From positions 3,748,553 through 3,772,552 of the forward strand of contig NC_010814.1 of assembly GCF_000020385.1 (NCBI RefSeq): a stretch of DNA of 24,000 nucleotides, read 5' to 3'. Source of the stretch: Trichlorobacter lovleyi SZ. Lineage in GTDB: Bacteria; Desulfobacterota; Desulfuromonadia; Geobacterales; Pseudopelobacteraceae. The position numbers and the translations under genes are program-made. Shown piece after piece: positions 19,621-24,000 of the stretch. A model generated the notes under the pieces. It was given only the letters and a program-made list of their open reading frames with translations, did not search any database and was not told the DNA's origin. Numbering within the stretch: position 1 is the first letter of the stretch; each line of letters opens with the position of its first letter.

Positions 19621-19940
19621 GCATTGAGATCAACGAAACAGATATCCGGGTGGAGTTCTACCGTGCATCAGGCCCGGGCGGGCAGCACCGCAACACCACC
19701 GATTCAGCGGTGCGGATCAGACACCTGCCGACCGGGATAGTGGTACATGCTGCAGAAAACCGCTCCCAGCTGCGCAATCGTGAAGTGGCTATGGAGCGGC
19801 TGCGGCTGGCGCTGGAGAAACGCAACCGGGTAGAAAAGAAACGGATGGCCACCAAAGTGCCAAAAGGCCAGAAATTGCAGCGGGTTGCGGAAAAACGGAT
19901 GGCAGCGCTACGCAGGAAGATGAGAAAGCCAGAGGATTAG
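19617..19940 (+). CDS. Stand-alone GGQ-domain release-factor-like protein
   Basis: [62 protein letters not shown] contains the GGQ peptidyl-tRNA hydrolysis motif and a basic C-terminal tail. The start overlaps the previous stop as ATGA. Confidence 0.85.
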   Translation: MSIEINETDIRVEFYRASGPGGQHRNTTDSAVRIRHLPTGIVVHAAENRSQLRNREVAMERLRLALEKRNRVEKKRMATKVPKGQKLQRVAEKRMAALRRKMRKPED

Positions 19941-19954
19941 AAAACGTACGAGGA

Positions 19955-20046
19955 AGGCCGTCTACAAGACGCACGGAGCGCAGCGACTGAGACATACCAT
20001 TCAGGTAGGCAAAGGAGCGAGCACCGCGCAACACAGTAGGCGGCCT
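19955..20046. repeat. Large imperfect palindrome, candidate REP/BIME-like element
   Basis: AGGCCGTCTAC (19955-19965) pairs with GTAGGCGGCCT (20036-20046) in 11 pairs including one G.U. A TACC-ATTCA-GGTA hairpin (19995-20007) sits near the centre. Confidence 0.6.
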
Positions 20047-20058
20047 CCGCAGAAGTTT

Positions 20059-20316
20059 TCACATCAAGAATGATGCTGCCAGTGCCTGATCAGCCCCCTT
20101 CTCCCGCGTCACCATCTTGTGCCGCTCATCCGCCGGAATCAGGGCAGCCAGGTGCTCACGGGCACTGTCAGGACTGCCGGCAATGGCAGACGCCATTTTG
20201 AAAAGGATCTCAAGGGAAAGCCCGGCACGATGGCCCTCCACCAGCTTGCCTATTTCAGCGCGGCGTTGGTCCTCACTCCAGGTTTTATAGATATCAGCAC
20301 CGATATTTGCGAGCAT
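20059..20316 (-). CDS. Hypothetical small protein, 85 aa
   Basis: Complete ORF MLANIGADIYKTWSEDQRRAEIGKLVEGHRAG... with an AAGGGA Shine-Dalgarno-like sequence upstream. No family recognised. Confidence 0.55.
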   Translation of the reverse strand: MLANIGADIYKTWSEDQRRAEIGKLVEGHRAGLSLEILFKMASAIAGSPDSAREHLAALIPADERHKMVTREKGADQALAASFLM

Positions 20317-20388
20317 GGGATTGTCCCTTCAGGTTTGGTATGAAGTTGCGTTGGTAGCATGAAGAAGCAATGGATGGCAACCGCAAAA

Positions 20389-20607
20389 CTAACGTATCAG
20401 GCGATCCAGCAGCCGGTCAATCTCCTCAACCACGACAGTTGGCAACTGATCAGTCTGCACGATCCGGTTCACCAGATCAGCCTGAATAAAACCGGGCAAC
20501 AGCTTCAGGATCTCTCCGGCATGTTCAGCGGGCAGGCGGGACAAGGCCACTGCAATGGTCTGGGGATGTTCATTCAGCAACTCTTTGGCGGTACGACGGT
20601 AGTCCAT
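20389..20607 (-). CDS. Stand-alone FliG middle-domain-like miniprotein, 72 aa
   Basis: KELLNEHPQTIAVALSRLPAEHAGEILKLLPGFIQADLVNRIVQTDQLPTVVVEEIDRLL matches the FliG EHPQTIA...LxxLPxxxxxxVxxRIA pattern. AAGGGAG lies upstream of the ATG. Confidence 0.75.
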   Translation of the reverse strand: MDYRRTAKELLNEHPQTIAVALSRLPAEHAGEILKLLPGFIQADLVNRIVQTDQLPTVVVEEIDRLLDRLIR

Positions 20608-20678
20608 GGCGACTCCCTTGACGGTTTTTCAGATAGTACGACACTGCAGATAAATTGCAACAACAGGATTGGAATAGT

Positions 20679-22463
20679 ATGGCCCTGATTACCCTGCGCG
20701 ACATATCCCTGGCCTTTGGCGGCCCTCCGCTGTTTGACGGCATCAACCTGCAGATCGAACCGGGGGACCGGCTCTGTCTGATGGGCAGAAACGGTACCGG
20801 CAAATCCACCCTGATGAAGCTGATCAGCGGAGATATCCCGCCGGAGGGTGGCGAAGTCATCCGCAGCCAGGGCCTACGGGTGGCGTTGGTCTCCCAGGAG
20901 ATCCCCCAGGAGGTGGCCGGTACGGTCTTTGAGGTGGTGGCACAGCATCCCCATGCTGTAGCCGGTGCTGAGCAATGGGAGCATGAACAACAGGTGGAAC
21001 GGGTGCTGAACCGGCTGCATCTGGAGCCGGAGGCGGAGTTTGCCACCCTCTCCGGCGGCACCAAGCGACGGGTGCTGCTGGCCCGCGCCCTGGTGTCGGC
21101 ACCGGATATCCTGTTGCTGGACGAACCGACCAACCACCTGGATATTGAGACCATCCTCTGGCTGGAGGAGTTTCTGGCCAGAAACATCACCACCTGCATC
21201 TTTGTCACTCACGACCGTGCCTTTGCCCGGCGGCTGGCGAACAGAATTGCCGAGCTGGACCGGGGTAGAATCTATGCCTTCTCCTGCGGCTACGACCAGT
21301 TTGTGGATCGTCGCGAGGCACTTTTGGAGGCGGAAATTACCCGGATGGCCCTGTTTGACAAGAAGCTGGCCCAGGAAGAGGCATGGGTCCGCCAGGGGAT
21401 CAAGGCCCGCCGCACCCGCAATGAAGGCAGGGTCCGGGCACTGAAGGCGTTGCGGGAGGAGTACCGCCAGCGTCGCACCCGTCAGGGTACCGCAACCATC
21501 CGGCTGCAGGAGGCTGAGCGCTCCGGCCGGCTGGTGATTGAGGCGGAACAGGTCAGGTTCAGCTATGGCAACCGGACCGTGATCCGCGACCTCTCCACCA
21601 CCATCATGCGGGGTGACAAGCTGGGGATCATCGGCCCCAACGGCTCCGGCAAGACCACCCTGCTGCGGCTGCTGCTGGGCGAGCTGGAGCCACAGTCCGG
21701 CTCGATCCGGCAGGGCACCCGGCTGGAGGTGCTCTATATGGATCAGATGCGTGACCAGCTTGATCCCCAGAAAAGCGTGGCTGAAAATGTGGGGGAAGGG
21801 AATGACACCCTGGTGATTGGTGGCAAATCACGCCATATTATCGGCTACCTGCAGGACTTTCTATTCTCGCCGGAGCGGGCCCGCTCTCCGGTTTCAATCC
21901 TCTCCGGCGGCGAGCGCAACCGGCTGTTGCTGGCCAAGCTGTTCACCAAACCGGGCAATGTACTGGTGCTGGATGAGCCGACCAACGACCTGGATGCCGA
22001 GACCCTGGAGCTGCTGGAGGACCTGCTGATGGAGTACAGCGGCACCCTGTTGCTGGTCAGCCACGACCGGGAGTTCCTGAACAACGTGGTCAGCTCCACC
22101 CTGGCGATCAACGCTGACGGCACGGTCAAGGAAACGGTGGGCGGCTATGATGACTGGCTGCGGGAACAACAACTTGAGGCTGCCCCGCCTGTTGCAACAA
22201 AGCCGGCTCAGGAAAAGGGCAAACCGCAGAAAGAGCGGCCCCGCAAGCTCTCTTTCAAGGAAGAGCGTGAACTGGAGGGGTTGCCGGAGCGGATCACCAC
22301 CCTTGAGGCGGAACAGGAGCAGATCCACAGCACCCTGGCTGATCCTGAATTCTACAAAAATGCCGGGCCGGAGGTGGCGCGCCTCAACAGCCGTCTGGAA
22401 GAGCTGGATGCCGAACTGCTGGCCGCCTACGGACGCTGGGAAGAGCTGGAGGCGCTGCGATGA
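20679..22463 (+). CDS. uup: ABC-F family ATPase, Uup-like
   Basis: Two ABC domains (GRNGTGKSTLMKLISG and GPNGSGKTTLLRLLLG), two signature/Walker B regions (LSGGTKRRVLLARAL and LSGGERNRLLLAKLF...DEPTNDLD), and the C-terminal coiled coil of Uup. Start at MALITLRDISLAFG. Confidence 0.92.
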   Translation: MALITLRDISLAFGGPPLFDGINLQIEPGDRLCLMGRNGTGKSTLMKLISGDIPPEGGEVIRSQGLRVALVSQEIPQEVAGTVFEVVAQHPHAVAGAEQWEHEQQVERVLNRLHLEPEAEFATLSGGTKRRVLLARALVSAPDILLLDEPTNHLDIETILWLEEFLARNITTCIFVTHDRAFARRLANRIAELDRGRIYAFSCGYDQFVDRREALLEAEITRMALFDKKLAQEEAWVRQGIKARRTRNEGRVRALKALREEYRQRRTRQGTATIRLQEAERSGRLVIEAEQVRFSYGNRTVIRDLSTTIMRGDKLGIIGPNGSGKTTLLRLLLGELEPQSGSIRQGTRLEVLYMDQMRDQLDPQKSVAENVGEGNDTLVIGGKSRHIIGYLQDFLFSPERARSPVSILSGGERNRLLLAKLFTKPGNVLVLDEPTNDLDAETLELLEDLLMEYSGTLLLVSHDREFLNNVVSSTLAINADGTVKETVGGYDDWLREQQLEAAPPVATKPAQEKGKPQKERPRKLSFKEERELEGLPERITTLEAEQEQIHSTLADPEFYKNAGPEVARLNSRLEELDAELLAAYGRWEELEALR

Positions 22464-22513
22464 TGGTGCGCCTGTGCAGGCTGTTACAAAATAAAACCTA
22501 CCGGTAACATGAC

Positions 22514-24000
22514 ATGACCCCTGAAGCGAAAGCACGACAGGAAATTGATCAAAAACTCGAACAAGCTGGCTGGGTTGTCCAGGATCTGAAAAAGATCAAC
22601 CTGGGTGCCGGTCCGGGTGTTGTAGTGCGTGAATACCCAACTGATACCGGACCAGCGGATTATCTGCTGTTTGTGGATCGCCAGCCGGTCGGGGTAATCG
22701 AGGCCAAACCGGATAACACCATACTCACCTTTGTGGAAGACCAGACCGAACGCTACGCCCGCAGTACCCTTAAGTGGCGGATAACCTCCACACCACTGCG
22801 CTTCCTGTTTGAAAGCACCGGTCAGGTCATCCATTTTACCGACGGCGCTGACCCATCAGCCCGTGCCCGCGAGATCTTCTATTTTTTCAAGCCGGAACAA
22901 CTTGCCGAATGGCTGCAGCAGCCTGAATCATTCCGTCGTCGCCTCAAGGCACAGATGCCGGAACTGCCGACCCGCAACCTGCGTGATTGCCAGATCAGCG
23001 CGGTGACTGGGCTGGAGAAATCTCTTGCCCAGAACAGGCCCCGCGCCTTGGTGCATATGGCAACCGGCGCTGGCAAAACCTTCACCGCCATTACCTCGGT
23101 CTACCGACTGCTCAAATATGGCGATGCCAAGCGGATTCTTTTCCTGGTTGATACCCGCAACCTGGGGAAACAGGCACATCAGGAGTTCATGGCCTACACC
23201 CCGCCCGACGATGCCCGCAAGTTTACGGAACTATACAATGTACAGCGCCTGAATGGCCCCACCATTGACCCGGCAGCCAAGGTCTGCATCAGCACCATTC
23301 AGCGGATGTACTCCCTCCTTTCTGGTGAACCGATTGATGAGTCTGCCGAGGATGTGCCGCTGGACCAGATTGTCCAAACCGACAAGCAGGCAAAGGTTGT
23401 GAGGTACAACCCGGCTGTACCGGTGGAGACCTTTGATGTCATCATTATTGATGAATGCCACCGCAGCATCTACAACCTCTGGAAACAGGTGCTCGACTAC
23501 TTCGATGCCTTCCTGGTGGGCCTCACCGCCACCCCTGACAAACGCACCTTTGGCTTCTTCAATGAAAATATCGTTGCCGAATACACCTACGAGCAATCGG
23601 TGGCCGATGGCGTGAACGTGGGGTATGACGTCTTTGAGATTGAAACCGAGATCACCAAAAAGGGGGCTGAACTGAAGGCCAAAGAATGGGTGGATCACCG
23701 CGACCGGCAGACCCGCAAGAAACGCTGGGCCGAGGCAGAGGAAGATCTGCTCTACACCGGCAAGGAACTGGACAGGTCGGTGGTAAACATCAGCCAGATC
23801 CGCAAGGTGATCCAGGCCATGAAAACAGCGGTGGAGACGCAGATATTCCCCAGCCGTAACGAGACCCCCAAGACCCTGATCTTTGCCAAGACCGACAGCC
23901 ACGCCGACGACATAATCCAGATCGTGCGCGAGGTCTACAACCAGGGAAACGCCTTCTGTAAAAAAGTCACCTACAAGGCAGAAGAAGACCCGGACAGCAT
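22514..24000 (+). CDS. hsdR: Type I restriction enzyme R subunit, 3' truncated by the window edge
   Basis: Manual translation gives MTPEAKARQEIDQKLEQAGWVVQDLKKINLGAGPGVVVREYPTDTGPADYLLFVDRQPVGVIEAKPDN (PD-(D/E)xK-like). It continues with VHMATGAGKTFTA (Walker A), DVIIIDECHRSIY and VGLTATPDKRT. Confidence 0.92.
   Translation, partial: MTPEAKARQEIDQKLEQAGWVVQDLKKINLGAGPGVVVREYPTDTGPADYLLFVDRQPVGVIEAKPDNTILTFVEDQTERYARSTLKWRITSTPLRFLFESTGQVIHFTDGADPSARAREIFYFFKPEQLAEWLQQPESFRRRLKAQMPELPTRNLRDCQISAVTGLEKSLAQNRPRALVHMATGAGKTFTAITSVYRLLKYGDAKRILFLVDTRNLGKQAHQEFMAYTPPDDARKFTELYNVQRLNGPTIDPAAKVCISTIQRMYSLLSGEPIDESAEDVPLDQIVQTDKQAKVVRYNPAVPVETFDVIIIDECHRSIYNLWKQVLDYFDAFLVGLTATPDKRTFGFFNENIVAEYTYEQSVADGVNVGYDVFEIETEITKKGAELKAKEWVDHRDRQTRKKRWAEAEEDLLYTGKELDRSVVNISQIRKVIQAMKTAVETQIFPSRNETPKTLIFAKTDSHADDIIQIVREVYNQGNAFCKKVTYKAEEDPDS

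Noticed and set aside
21894-22535. 213-aa minus-strand ORF over the uup 3' end
   Set aside because: It lies antisense to the second ABC domain and C-terminal coiled coil and has no recognisable family.

Overview
The window looks like a Geobacter/Trichlorobacter-type chromosome segment; that taxonomic guess rests on gene content and order only. Positions 1-3294 form a mobile or accessory patch. It holds an IS21-type left end with the istA start, a three-gene cassette (Gp49-like/HigB-type toxin, HigA-like XRE antitoxin, SecB-like chaperone), and an intact tyrosine integrase beside smc. The cassette matches the architecture of toxin-antitoxin-chaperone (TAC) systems and has a sigma70-like promoter overlapping a perfect 10-bp palindrome. 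The rest is mostly housekeeping: smc, a roadblock/LC7 gene, ftsY, zapB-like, zapA, a possible 6S RNA region, 5-formyl-THF cyclo-ligase, rny, ymdB-like, tyrS, a secreted collagen-like protein on the minus strand, an RlmI-like methyltransferase, cydD, cydC, a YvlD-like membrane protein, a GGQ release-factor-like protein, two small minus-strand genes, uup, and a truncated type I restriction hsdR at the right edge. One of the small genes encodes a stand-alone 72-aa FliG middle-domain-like protein. The best leads are the chaperone-linked toxin-antitoxin cassette, the orphan FliG_M-like miniprotein, a roughly 92-nt imperfect palindrome, and the structured zapA-fau intergenic region. No CRISPR array or tRNA was recognised.
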